DNA of 63,877 bases, counting the filler, from Reticulomyxa filosa (Eukaryota; Protista; Foraminifera), in the NCBI GenBank assembly GCA_000512085.1. It is 14 parts of 14 records of this genome, joined end to end, with 100 filler letters (N's around TTAATTAATTAA, not from the genome) between each part and the next. Parts side by side here need not be neighbours in the genome. Positions count along the whole stretch, not along the records: positions 1 to 4,183 come from ASPP01019407.1; positions 4,284 to 6,264 come from ASPP01041612.1; positions 6,365 to 25,749 come from ASPP01028243.1; 11 more parts are not named here. The stretch is one strand, 5' to 3'. This document shows positions 1-12,100 of this stretch, piece by piece; within the stretch, counting starts at the first letter, position 1; each line of letters opens with the position of its first letter. Below the pieces are notes generated by a model. That model did not search any database. It saw only the letters and a list, made by a program, of their open reading frames with translations, and was not told the DNA's origin. The translations under genes and the position numbers were made by a program.

Positions 1-600
1 ACGAATTTCAGACGAACTTGGTCCCTTTCCCCCGTTTACACTTTGTGACCACTGGCATGAGCCCAATTATTCCAAAAGCTGATGTATCAACTGCTCCAAA
101 CGATGTCCAAAAAATCACCGATGATTGCTTTAAGCCAGCGAACTGGTTTGTGAAATACACTGAATTCGATCCCGCTGAAGATAAATACATGACATCTCTT
201 TGAACTATCGTGGTGATAGCAAGTCGAAAGAAGCTAACGCAACAGTCAGTGTTCGAAGAGCAACAATAAAGTCGCCTTAGTCGAGTGGTGTCCGACTGGT
301 TTCAAAATTGGCTTGAATGAAGTACCAGCAGTGACTTTGGAATCCGACGATGTCGGAGCTTTTAGCAAAAACGCGATTATGATCGCAAACAACACGGGCA
401 TTTCCAGAGTCTTTAGCAAGGTATTGCCCAAAAGTACGATCTGATGTCTCGCAAAGGGCATTTTCCACTGGTACGTAGGAGAAGGTGTGGAAGGAGAATT
501 TGCTGAAGCCCGTAAAGATTTGGGCTTTTTGGAAAAAGTACTTGGATGTCTTAAGGACAACCAACTGACGATGTTGGAGGGATAACGATAATGCTGGCGC
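1..600 (+). pseudogene. Divergent alpha-tubulin (Retaria alpha2-type), 3' half, multiply frameshifted
   Basis: Reading across frameshifts gives EFQTNLVPFPRLHF...KYM / LNYRGD / VEWCPTGFKIGLN / NNTGISRVF / KYDLM / HWYVGEG / GEFAEAR, the alpha-tubulin C-terminal half. There are several indels (near 192, 420, 445-465, 538) and no introns. The 5' end lies outside the window. Confidence 0.9.
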
Positions 601-983
601 TGACGCAGGTGACAATTAATTCAATAATTTGTAAAGCTTTTTTTTTTTTTTAAGCTATTGATTTCTTTTTGAATTGAATTGATTGAAATTTTGGATGAAT
701 AAATCTTTTATTTCGCAAAAATTTTCGCAAAGTTCTTTTTTTGAAATTCTTTTGCCGAAAAAGATTTTTGAATGCGTCAAGAAAACAACTTTGCTCAATA
801 AACTTTTTTTATCAGTCAATTGAAAATTTAACAATGGCGCAAAAGTGAAGAAAAATTAATTTACTTTTGAGATAGCTAAGAACAAAACCAACATATGACG
901 ACATTTCAAAGAGTACGCTTGATAAATTGTCAAATTATCCAAAGTGAGAAAAAAGACATTTTGTTATTGCAAAAAAAAAAGTG

Positions 984-1968
984 CTATATTGAGAGATATG
1001 TGAGTGTCGCTAGAGACCAGTATTGGTTAGGAAATTGAATGAAGCGAGTGTATAACAATGGGCCAAATGTGAGAGACAGTGCCATTTCTCGTGGTAATAA
1101 AAAAAATTGAAGTAGGGCAAGAGAAGGGGGGACTACAGTAAGTTCAGCTTTACTTCCAACGTGCAGCTTTTGCAGCGACACGTCAGTACCTGTGTTGGTG
1201 ATGATTCTATATTCACCATTCGCACAATAGTAAGACCAGCCTTGGCCAGTCATATCATCTCCTTTTTTTCGTTTGGCGATTTCATTTTCCCGAGTGGCAT
1301 TTAATGTTTGTTGATGATTGTCCTTGTCGTTTTTGTTCTTATTCTTATTCTTCTCTTTTTTATCACTACTATCGAGTTGTGCAATGTCTTGCGCAAGCTT
1401 ATCGTCCACTTGTTTTTGAATGACATACGTTAGCAAGTGCAGCTTGAAAGGCAGGAGATGAACAGATTGGTTCACTGATGGGTTTTCACATTGCGATGTC
1501 CGACATCAACTACATTGGCATTGATCACGCCGCTTTGCGAGATTCGGTCGTCTCTTGCTCGTAGTTATTTATCACTGTGCCCAGTAAGCGCAGGGCATTG
1601 CTAAAGTACACATATTCGTTGGGTTGAATTTGCAAAAAGGGAGTAGGATTCGGATGCAACGATCATATTTTGAAACTTTCGAACATCATCGTCATTATCA
1701 TTACTATTATCATTATTATTATTATCGTTATGTTTGTGCAGTTGATTGTAGTAATACTCTTTTGCAATTGGCTTGGCCCCGTCAATCCTTCTGGATTGTC
1801 TTTCACCGCCTCATACAGTTGAAACCCTTTGAAGTACAGCGTCGACCTATATTCGCCGCACAACAGTTGCAGCATTTCCACCAGCGTGTCTTTTCCGTCT
1901 GCATGTCCGACTTGCATCCCAATTGGCGTCTCAATCTTTTGAGTCGTGTCGTTTAATGCAATATACAC
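984..1968 (-). pseudogene. Disrupted coding-like sequence of unknown family
   Basis: Two protein-like ORFs (1663-1968 and 984-1475) are separated by stop-containing sequence of coding-like composition. No motif was recognised. Confidence 0.3.
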
Positions 1969-2215
1969 GCCTTTATTTTATTTTTAGGTGCAAGGAGAAA
2001 ATTTTTAAAAAAGTGCAAGGAGGACAACAAAGTATGTGTATGGTTTTTTTGGGTGCAAGGGAAAAAAAAAAGTTCATGTATACATATATAATTAAAAAAA
2101 AGGGGTTGAAAAAAAAAATACCAAGTCTTGGTGGAGATGTCATAAAAAAAAAGGGGAAGGTTTTTAGAATAGAAGAAGAGAAAAAAAAAGTTTGATATAT
2201 GGTTTTTTTTTAACC

Positions 2216-2467
2216 TAAGCAAATATAGCTTGTGGACAGAGAGACACCGCCCAACTCGAACAAACACAAAAGATTGAAAAACTGGCCGTGTATGTCTCCG
2301 ACAATTTTGATCGGGGCGGTGATGTCCAGTAGCATTGGCTGCTCCAACAAAATCTCTTTCGCCTTTGTGCACAGCTTTTCAATGTCACTTTTTTGCAGGT
2401 CCATCTCTTTCCCGGGCTTGTTGTTTCTCTCATCCGTCAGGCATCTTATCATGTCGGCACAGTCCAC
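2216..2467 (-). pseudogene. PP1-like Ser/Thr phosphatase, N-terminal exon only
   Basis: KLCTKAKEILLEQPMLLDITAPIKIVGDIHGQFFNLLCLFELGG...SYICLG matches the PPP family up to just before GDYVDRG. I could not find the following exons downstream in this contig. Confidence 0.7.
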
Positions 2468-2824
2468 TCTGCCAAGCAGCTTTGTGCGGAACCCACAAAA
2501 GTAATTCTACCAAATCCACTTCTGGTAGTCGCATTCAGCAGAGAGGTTTAGCAATAGATATTTGAACTTTTCGGGATTGAAGTCACTTTATTTCCATTCA
2601 GAGCTTTCTTGTGTACAAACGTATTTTTAATTATAGAAAAAGAAAATAATGATATCTAAAAAAGTATATGTACGCGTGCAATCTTTTTTTCTTCTTTGCG
2701 TAAACTGTTGAAATTCAAATCATAAAGGTATATCCACAACAGTTTGCGCAGAAAAGGGGGAACCGTTTTGCTTCCCTCCCCCTTTTATTTAGAATATTTA
2801 GCTTTGATGTTGTATTTTGAAATA

Positions 2825-3370
2825 ATGGATTCATTATTGCAAAACACTCGACTATCTTTTCCTTCTGGAGAAAAGCAGTTGGACGGTTCCACTCCAGGTT
2901 TTGTGCCGCTGTCGCATAGTTCGAGTATCGTAATGGGACATACGGCACTGAAGCCATCCCCAGGCACGACAGCGGCAGTGGCCTTGGGACGTACTAGGAA
3001 CAGTATGACAGGATACTATATGTACTCCACACCGCAGACGCAAGTGCAATCCAACACGTATAATCCGTCGTTGATCGGACAAATACTTCCCGCCCAACTT
3101 GGAACTTGATAAGATTATCAACGGAGCATTTAATCCAATTCCGTCTCAATCTTAAAATCAAACATTGGACCGCTAATGAACGGCGGCAATGAACATCAAG
3201 TCGCACTTGGAAGGCAAATCGAAAAGAGGAAAAACAAGCAGTCCAAACTACTCCAATCTATCTTCTTCCTCCTCCTCCTCCTCCACGCCTGCGTCCAACT
3301 CAAACTCGCCTGCATCCGCCTGGAACCATCACTTCGACTACACCAAGTTCAAAATGCACAATTTTGATTT
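2825..3370 (+). CDS. Hypothetical Ser/Thr/Gln-rich protein fragments, possibly disrupted
   Basis: ORFs 2744-3109 and 3189-3491 have coding-like composition (poly-Ser) but are separated by stop codons. Confidence 0.3.
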
Positions 3371-3387
3371 TTTTTATATAATAGCTC

Positions 3388-3422
<35 letters not shown>

Positions 3423-4183
3423 AAAAATTCAACTTTTTTGTTTTGTTGTGCTATATTCATATTTGAAGAACGTGTTCCAAAAAATAAGTAATATTATTGG
3501 TCAGAAAAAAGTCGGGAGAAAGGATTAAATATGCAATATATAGCCCTTTTTCAAAGTTTGAAAGAATTGTAAATGAAATCCTCATTTGTGAATGCTATCT
3601 AAAAGAGATTTTTTTTTTTTTTTTTTTCTCCCGTCACGAGAGACCGAGTTATGCAACATAAAGAAAATGTAACACAAATCCAAATTTATCAAAAACACTT
3701 CGTTTCACGCTTTGAAGATTGCGTGTCAAAACTCTTTTTTTTTTTTTAAATTTTTTTTTCTTTCGAAAATAAACTGGGTTGTATTTCAAAAACTCTTTGT
3801 AAATTTTATGAGAATTTTTTTTTTTTATTCACTCTTTCTTTACAAAAGCAGCCCTACTCTCAGAGTCTAGCGCATTAAAAAGAATCCAACTCGACATTGA
3901 TTTGTAAGTGTTTTGAGTTTTGCAATGGAAAATGCGTATTAAGAAGGACAGTATTTTACGAACGAGTTGTAAACATTTGGACATGAAGAAAGAAATAAAA
4001 AAAAGTACTACTTGAAGTTAACAAGGAACAACTTGTCCCTGTGCAGCTTTATCCAAAATTTCTAAACTTACGTTCAAGTTGTGCTGATACTGACAAGTGA
4101 GTTCGGCCAAGAGGACCCCGGCCTGATGCAACTGAATAGCCTGCCTGGCATGCACAATGGCCACGATCGACAACAAAGACCAT

Positions 4184-4283
4184 NNNNNNNNNNNNNNNNN
4201 NNNNNNNNNNNNNNNNNNNNNNNNNNNTTAATTAATTAANNNNNNNNNNNNNNNNNNNNNNNNNNNNNNNNNNNNNNNNNNNN
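4184..4283. other. Artificial contig spacer N44-TTAATTAATTAA-N44
   Basis: Identical 100-bp spacer with stop codons in all six frames. Confidence 0.97.
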
Positions 4284-4332
4284 GATGATCATATAATAAT
4301 GTTTTATAATATATATAATTTCAAAAAAACTT

Positions 4333-4402
4333 GTCCGAGTGGCCCAATGGTAAAAGCAGCTCTTTGAGGAGAATATTGCAGGTTCAAATCCTGCCTCGGA
4401 CT
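4333..4402 (+). tRNA. tRNA-derived pseudogene (Arg-like scaffold, anticodon loop deleted)
   Basis: The acceptor stem GTCCGAG/CTCGGAC and T-arm GCAGG-TTCAAAT-CCTGC are perfect, and TGGCCCAATGG resembles an A-box. The D-stem is mismatched and the anticodon arm is about 3 nt short, so no anticodon can be assigned. Confidence 0.75.
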
Positions 4403-5036
4403 AAATAATATTTTTTTTTTATTGCGAACAACTGGATCTATGAAAAATAAATAAATTTGGTGCATATAGAATAAAGATTTGTAGTATTACAATCGACTCC
4501 AGATTAACACGTACTTTGAATTTTTTTTTTTTTTTAATTCTAATAAAAGTTACAATGATTTTAAGCATTTTTTGCCCAATTGTATTGTTCTAACCTAAGC
4601 ATTGGTTAAAAAACTACTTGATGGTTATTCAAAAAAGAGACTGATCGAAATTAAATGAATCAAAGCGTTATTGTTAATGCCTTTGAGGGACGTGTTTTAT
4701 TACATTTTGTTTTTAAAAAAACAAACAGACCAAAAAAAAAAAGTTAAGACCAAGTCCAATAGCAAGTGAGCGGACAAAAAGATGAGATCAAAAAAAAAAA
4801 ACATAACACAACAAACAAACAAACAGACAAAAAAAAAAAAAAAAAATGCGAAAACAACTGCAAAGAAAATTTAAAAAAAAGAAGCCACAAGTTTGAATTT
4901 TGGCAAAGAACACACCTTGGGCCGAAATATTATTATGACTATGATTATGTTTATTCTAAATGTGTTTAACTTATTTATGAAATTAGGAAATGAAAATGAT
5001 GAGGGACGACGGAAGGAGGAAAACAAAGATTGTGAT

Positions 5037-6229
5037 TTATTCCTGTTTCAAGCGTGTTTGTTCTTTGATGAGATCAGGATTGGCATCGCTTTGTGGTAGC
5101 GACATTTGAAGCATCCACGGATGGCTCCAAGCTTTGTACGCGCTTGGTCGTTTCGTCGAGTCCGCAACGGTCAGGCTCCGAACAAAGTCTTCACACTCTT
5201 CGCTCACTTTTTTTCCAACAAATCCGGGGATATTTATTTTTTTTATAAAAAATAAATAAAATAAATAAAACAAATAAATAAATAAATACATATACACATA
5301 TATACATATATACATATATGTACATATGTATTTAAAAAAAAAAAAAAAACAAACCAGTTTGGGAAAATTTGGGATTAAATTGAGCGACATCAACACGTAA
5401 GATATGAGGTAAATCCGAGGTGAAACACCTACGCCCGTTAAGCAGTTCAAAGACAATGATACCGACGCTCCAAACATCGGCTTTAAGGAACTCCCTTCCG
5501 GTGATCATACTCTTCCAAAGCTCCGGCGCAAAGTAGCAGGGGTTGCTGGTGGTGTTGACGTATAGCTGATCTTTGGACACTTGCATGGCCTCCCCAAAGT
5601 CGATGAGACGAATGTCCGGCAGTGTGTGTTTTTTGCTGGTCAATACAATGTTCTCGGGCTTCAAGTCGCGATGGCAGTATCGCATTTTGTGCAGCGCGGA
5701 CAACACATCCAAAAGAGCGTGTCCGACTTGACGAGCAAACGTCTCACTCACACGGCCATGGTTTTGTAAATACGTCCACAAATCACCGCCACTGCAATAC
5801 TCCATTTCCAAGTAGTAGTATTTATTATCTGCCCAGCAATCATATAATCTAAAAAAAAAAATTTTTATTTTTTATTTTTTTTAAAAAAAAAAAAAAAAAG
5901 TTTCGGTCATGAACCCCTCCTCCCCCCCCCCTTCCCTCCCCACATTATACACAAAGTGCAACGAACTTGATGATGTTGGGATGACTGATGGTATGCAAAA
6001 TCTTCACTTCATTCGTAAACTTTGTTGTGCTCTCGATCCTTGTTGTGACATACAGTTTTAGTGTGACCGTACGCGAATCGCGTTTTGCTCGATACACTCG
6101 TGCCATTGCTGTACCCCCTAAACTCTTCAGGTTTTTGTACTCCATGTATGCGCGTTTCTCGCCTTCCAATATGTTCTTTTCCGGCACATAGTTTCTCCAA
6201 CTTTCTGCTTCTTCTTCCTTCTTTGACAA
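5037..6229 (-). CDS. Ser/Thr protein kinase (CAMK-like), 3 exons, 5' end at contig edge
   Basis: Motifs in order: VTLK, EVKIL, HPNIIK|LYDCW (splice at about 5966/5849), MEYCSGGDL, HRDLKPEN, DFG, YFAPE, DVWSVG, KRPSA...HPW. Confidence 0.9.
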
Positions 6230-6264
6230 CTTTTTGTCGTTTTTTTTTTTTTTTTTTTTTTTTC

Positions 6265-6364
6265 NNNNNNNNNNNNNNNNNNNNNNNNNNNNNNNNNNNN
6301 NNNNNNNNTTAATTAATTAANNNNNNNNNNNNNNNNNNNNNNNNNNNNNNNNNNNNNNNNNNNN
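6265..6364. other. Artificial contig spacer
   Basis: Same 100-bp spacer. Confidence 0.97.
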
Positions 6365-6415
6365 AATCAAACAAACGAGCGAATAAATAATTCCATAAAA
6401 TAAATGATTAAACAG

Positions 6416-8607
6416 TGATCCAACTCGATTTTTGGAAGAAAACAGAGGATACTACACTCGTCAGGCCATTCTAAGTTTGCGTGAAATGTTTGCAGAGGAG
6501 GCAATAGAAGGCGGAGTGGATCCAGCCACATTAGATTTGGACACAATGGCGATTGGAGCAGCGCGACAACTGGCAATAACAGGACGACTGGACGAAATGC
6601 TCATCGCAATGATATTGGGAGAAGCAGAGGCCGGAGCAGATGGCAACGAAGACGAATATGGTGATCAAGCGAAAGAACAAGAAGACCCATTGGAAAGCAT
6701 CTTGAACGACCCCAATTTGCCTCCTTGGGCCAAAGAAGAGGCCTTTGTCGAACAAGTGTATATGCAGCAGCAACAAATGCAACAACAAAAGTTTGAAATT
6801 GAGTACGGTGAAAAATCCAGACATTCCACACGAGAATCCAGTCGAGGAGGACGAGGTGGTGGCAGAGGCGGTCACTTTGCTTCGGGTCATTTTGGAAGAA
6901 GAAAACATTATCGCTTCCCTCCAAGAGGCAAAATTACTCGTTTTCCTGTCACGCCTTTCCAAGCCGATTTAACCATTCCAAAGAGTATTTTGGCGTCTGA
7001 AAAGCGACAGAAAATTGGTTTACAAATAACTGTTTTTTTTTCAATCTTTTTTCTAAAATTTCTTTTATGTCCATTCAATCTCATTGGCTTTGTGTGTTGT
7101 TGATAAGATCCAATCATATTGCAAGTCTTTTTCGCATCTCAGTGGGCAGCCCTTCGATTGATATGCTATCAATGTTTGACATGGACTGCCAATGACACTG
7201 TTAAAACAAATACACAACACTTTTTTTATTTGTTTGTTTGAAATAAGAAAAACAAGGAATGAGTGATCTTGTTTGAGCCAACACAGCAGTCCAATACGAG
7301 TGTGCCAAGACAAGTGAACACGACACTGAGCAAGACACGAGTAGAGCAAATGCATCGTTTGATATCTCAATCGCTATTGAATTTGTTGCGAACAACATTG
7401 AACAATATGCCCAGGTAATGCTATTTTTTGTCTTCCAACAAAATATATGTATGTATATACATGTATATGTTAACACAGCTCACGAGAGTCTTACATTGAT
7501 CAAATCCTTGCAACGAGAGGCAATAATTCAGTGAGGAATATGTTATCATTTTTGGTGACATTTGGACACAGCAATTTGGTGGTGGAAGAAAAGAAGGCGC
7601 TGTTCCCATCGCTGTTGCATGTGATATTCAATTGGGAGATGTTTACGCTCGACACGTGGGAATTGGCAATGAAGCTGTGTCGTCGCGTAGTGACATGGGT
7701 GGAGCCATCGCTGATGAGCATCCCCGCTTTGTCCAAAATACAAACAGTGAGCCCATCTTCCGTCGTGAAGCAATTGATCCAACTGATCGGAGTGATTACC
7801 CACCGCAAGGCCGATGCACCCTCCAAAGAAGAGCTTGCGTCCAATGCCGTGGTATCTCAATTCACTCAGGCGGCAATGCGAAAGGCCTCCTCCACCGTGC
7901 TGATAGGCACGGCAGGACTTATCTTGCCCGTGGACGAAGAAGAAGACAAGGATCAAGAGATTAACGAGTCTGCCTTGAATGAGCAAGAAGAAGAAGAAGA
8001 AGAAGGAGCAAGAAGAGGAGAACAAAGATTCAAATGATTTCGCCGATGAGCTTCCTTCGCTAAACGAACGAAGTCATTGGACAAAACAGAAAAAGTCCGA
8101 AGAGATAACGTTCCACGAAAGCGAGTCCATCCAACCGCAATTTGCTGACTCAGCTATCCAACCGACCAAAGTGGTCAAGCCTATGAAATCCATTAAATCC
8201 CAACCCATAGCCAAAGAGAGTGCAGCAATAACAACAACAACAGCAATTGTGCCATCCACATCCGCAGACAAGCAACAAGCAATGCAACGTTCTCGTCGAC
8301 GTCGAAGCAGCTTCTTGTTGCAATCGGCGACAACCACAGCTGCGCGAGTATTGCCTACGAGACGATTCTGTGTAGTCGCGCAAGGGCAAGAAAGTAGCAA
8401 AACGTGGAAAGAGGTATTGCTGTCGCCAGAGTTTGAGTTTTTATTGCCGGAAGAGGAAGATGACGCAATGTACTATTGCGACACGGACGAAGAGGAATGG
8501 ACGGAAAATGAAACGGATGAGGAAGGCAATATCGGACCACCACAGCCTGTCGACCCGTTGGAAGCATTGTTTGCTACTTTGCAACCTCAGCCTAATCCTG
8601 TTGACCC

Positions 8608-8667
<60 letters not shown>

Positions 8668-9080
8668 AGACGAAAAAAGAAACAAATACTTTACCAAAAT
8701 GGTACCCAAAAAAAAAGAAAAGGAATCTCAAATGCGTAAAAAAGAGTTAAAGAAACCATCTCAGCACACCGAGTCGGAACAACCCCTTTTCGCTTCCTAC
8801 GACAATAATGCGAATGTGTCATGGAATTACCAGCCGCCACCGACCAACAATATGTTTTCATTTGGAGCGAGCAAGGACTCAAAAGTCGCGAAGCCTGCAG
8901 GAGGCGGGATCTTTGAGAGTGAGCAGCCCATCAGTGAACCGACAAATAAGGCAGATAGTACCTTGCTGTTTGACGAAGCAGTGAAGCCCTCTGCAGTGCC
9001 AGCGAAAACAGAAGCGACCACAACGAGCACGACGAATGAGCAGATGCAAAAGGAGGAAATACCGACGATATCATTCGAGC

Positions 9081-9117
<37 letters not shown>

Positions 9118-12100
9118 CACAACCACGACCACGACCGCGACGACCAAAAAGAATTTGTTTGAAAGCGACGTCGAAGCCATGGACGACATTAAGAAGGTAT
9201 CAGGTCAAGAGTCTCCAAAGTTCCAATCCGAGCCCGCGTCATCCTCCAAAAAGGAAAAACTGACAAAGAAAAGCAAAAAAATAAAGTCAGAGATGCCAGA
9301 CTTGGACGACGAGGTACAAAAGCAATCCGCCAAAAAACACAAAGATGATGAAGTGAATAAGGAGGAAGATGAAGAAGAAGAAGAAAAAGAAGAAAAAGAA
9401 GAAACGGAGGAAGAAGAAGAGGAAGAGGAGGAAGAAGAAGATGAAGAAGAAGAAGAAGAAGAAGAAGAAGAACCTCAAGAAGCTGCAACAGGACCTTGGT
9501 CATGTTCGATTTGCACATTTATGAACGGACAGGACGCAAGCATTTGCGCAGCTTGCAATTATCCGCGAGCAAGTGGACAAGGACATAGACAAGGACAAGG
9601 ACAAAGGCAAGAGCAAGAACAAGAACAAGAACAAGGACAAAGGGATGGACAGTTTGCGATTGACGATAATGACAATCAATGGGCGTGCGCCATTTGCGGA
9701 ACGGTCAATGTCCTGGAGGCGGCCACGTGTGAGGCCTGTGGATATTCCAAGTTGAAATCCCAGGCGTTTTTTCAACAAAATCAAATGGGATCCCAAAACT
9801 TGAGCGAAGAAGATCAAATTGAAGCTGCTATTCAAGCGTCCTTGACCGCACAGAATGCCGACGCCAATACGACGTCTGCTGCTGTAGGACAAGAACCAGA
9901 GCCAGAACTGGATGCAGAAGCAGACGCAGGGGCATATACAGATGATGAAATACAACAAGCCATTAAATTGGCAAAAGAAGCTCAAGTCCAAGTCCAAGCG
10001 AACAGTTCAAATGAATTATCCGAGTCTCAGTTGCAACAGCCTCGTGTGGACAATGTTGTCAACCCCTCGCTTGTTTCGTCTGAGTTGGTGCCTCCACAAA
10101 CCGAACAAAGAGAGCAAAAAGAGCAAAAAGAGCAAAAAGAACAAAAAGAAGAAAAAGAGCAGAAGGAAGAAAAACAAGAGGAGAAGAAAGCAGAAGTTGA
10201 GGTTGTGCCAAGTGTACCCGATGAACCCCAATCCAAACCTTCCGAAAGCGTGTCAAAAGTGGACGCAAGTGCTCCAATTGTCGAAACGATGCCTTCACAG
10301 ACAGAGCCCAATTTGATATCCGAGAAACCACAAGAAATCCCAACGCAAATCGAAAGCAAGGCAACTGTTCCGATAACAGAAGCACCAAAGGAGTCCGAAA
10401 AAGTAGTTGAGTCTGCACCATTGCAGACAGTGACTACTGAAGCACATGCGCAAGAATCGATTTCAGCAGTGGAACAGCAAAAGCCACCGTTAGAAGTACA
10501 GCCACAAACACAAGAACAAGTACTGTCAGAAACGCACGAGCTCAAAGGGCTTTTTGAAAAGTTAAAAAGTAGGATGCTTCAAGTCGAAAAAGCAAAAGAG
10601 GCAACATTGGAAGAGAAGAAGGAAGCAATTCAAAAGGAGGTTCGAACGCGTATTTTATTGCAATACCAAAAAGAGTACCAACAGCAAAAGATGAAAGAGG
10701 AAATGGAAAAACAGAAAAGGGCGCAGCAAAGAAATAAACGGCGCGAAATCCGAGAACGAAGACAAAGCAAGTCATTGGCGAGACTGAAACATCTAACGAA
10801 AAAAGACGTGTCTGACAAAAGTAGACGGGCATTTCAACAGAGACAACAATACATTGTAGATTGGAAATCGGCAGAGGCATTGGCAAAGCCACGCAAACAT
10901 CACAAAGACAATGAAAGAGCGCAAAAGATGAACGCAAAGCTGTTACTCGCCCAGCAGAAAGTCAACGAAATCGAAGAGCAAATCAAGCTTGCCATTGACA
11001 TCGAATTGAAAAAATTGGAGGAAGCCGAAAAAGCCGAACAAATTGAAAAAACCAAACAAGTTGAAAAAGTCGAACAAGCTGAAAAAGCTGAAAAAGTCGA
11101 ACAAAAGACAACCGAGTCACAAGAGCAAAAAACAGACTCCGTTTCGACCCAACCGACCACAACGCAAACTCAAATTGAAAATCAAGAAGTGCAGCCTGTT
11201 CCACAGCCAACAACAATAACAACAACAGCGACAACAGAAACAACGGCGATAGCGACAAGTTCGACATCACAGGCTGAAATAGTTGCCGTGGCCGACGAAC
11301 CCAAAAAGGAAGCGCAAACAGAAGCAACTATTGTCAGTAGCAGCGACGCAGATAAAGAAAAAAAAGAGGATGACGGAAAAGAAAAAGAGAAGAAAGAGGC
11401 AGACAAGTCACCTGAAAAAGCAGAAAAGACATTGGGATTGAGCCGAGAGTTGTCGGATCAAACAGCAAAACAATCGTCTCGCAAACGATTGAACGCGGAG
11501 GAGGATCGTGCATCGAGCGCTCCTCCATTTGATCAAGAGAGACAAAAAGAAAGCGAGGAAAAGGCAGTACCGATCCAAAGACCTCGACCGTTGTTGAGCG
11601 AAAGGGTGATGGTGGACACAAAGAATATGATGCGATTAGTGAAAGACCGCATGAACGTATCAAAGACGGAGCGAGGATGGAGTTTGGAGTGCATCAGTGG
11701 ATTCGCCACAGCCGTGTGCAACTACGGAGTGTGTAGTGGACGATGGTACTACGAGGTATATTTGGACACGCAAGGATTGAAGCAAATTGGATGGTCCACT
11801 CCAAATGTCGATTTTAGTCCCGATGGACAAGGTACAGGTGACGATGCGTATTCCTGGGCTTACGATGGATTCCGTCGTCGCAAATGGCATCGCAAAGATG
11901 AACCCTGGACCACTGTCAAATGGCAACAAGGAGATGTCATTGGTTGCGCGTTAGATTGCTATCGCAAAGAAATGAAATTTTATTTGAACGGACAAGACTT
12001 AGGTGTCGCCTTCACCAATGCACGTTGCAAAGATGGCTTGTTCCCCTCTCTGACTCTGCAGAGAAATGAAAAGTGTACGTTCATTTGTGACATGAACCAC

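Noticed and set aside
5195-5360. Apparent non-canonical (CG) splice acceptor in the last kinase intron
   Set aside because: A canonical AG a few codons further on (AAAAAAG|TGAGC) keeps the frame.
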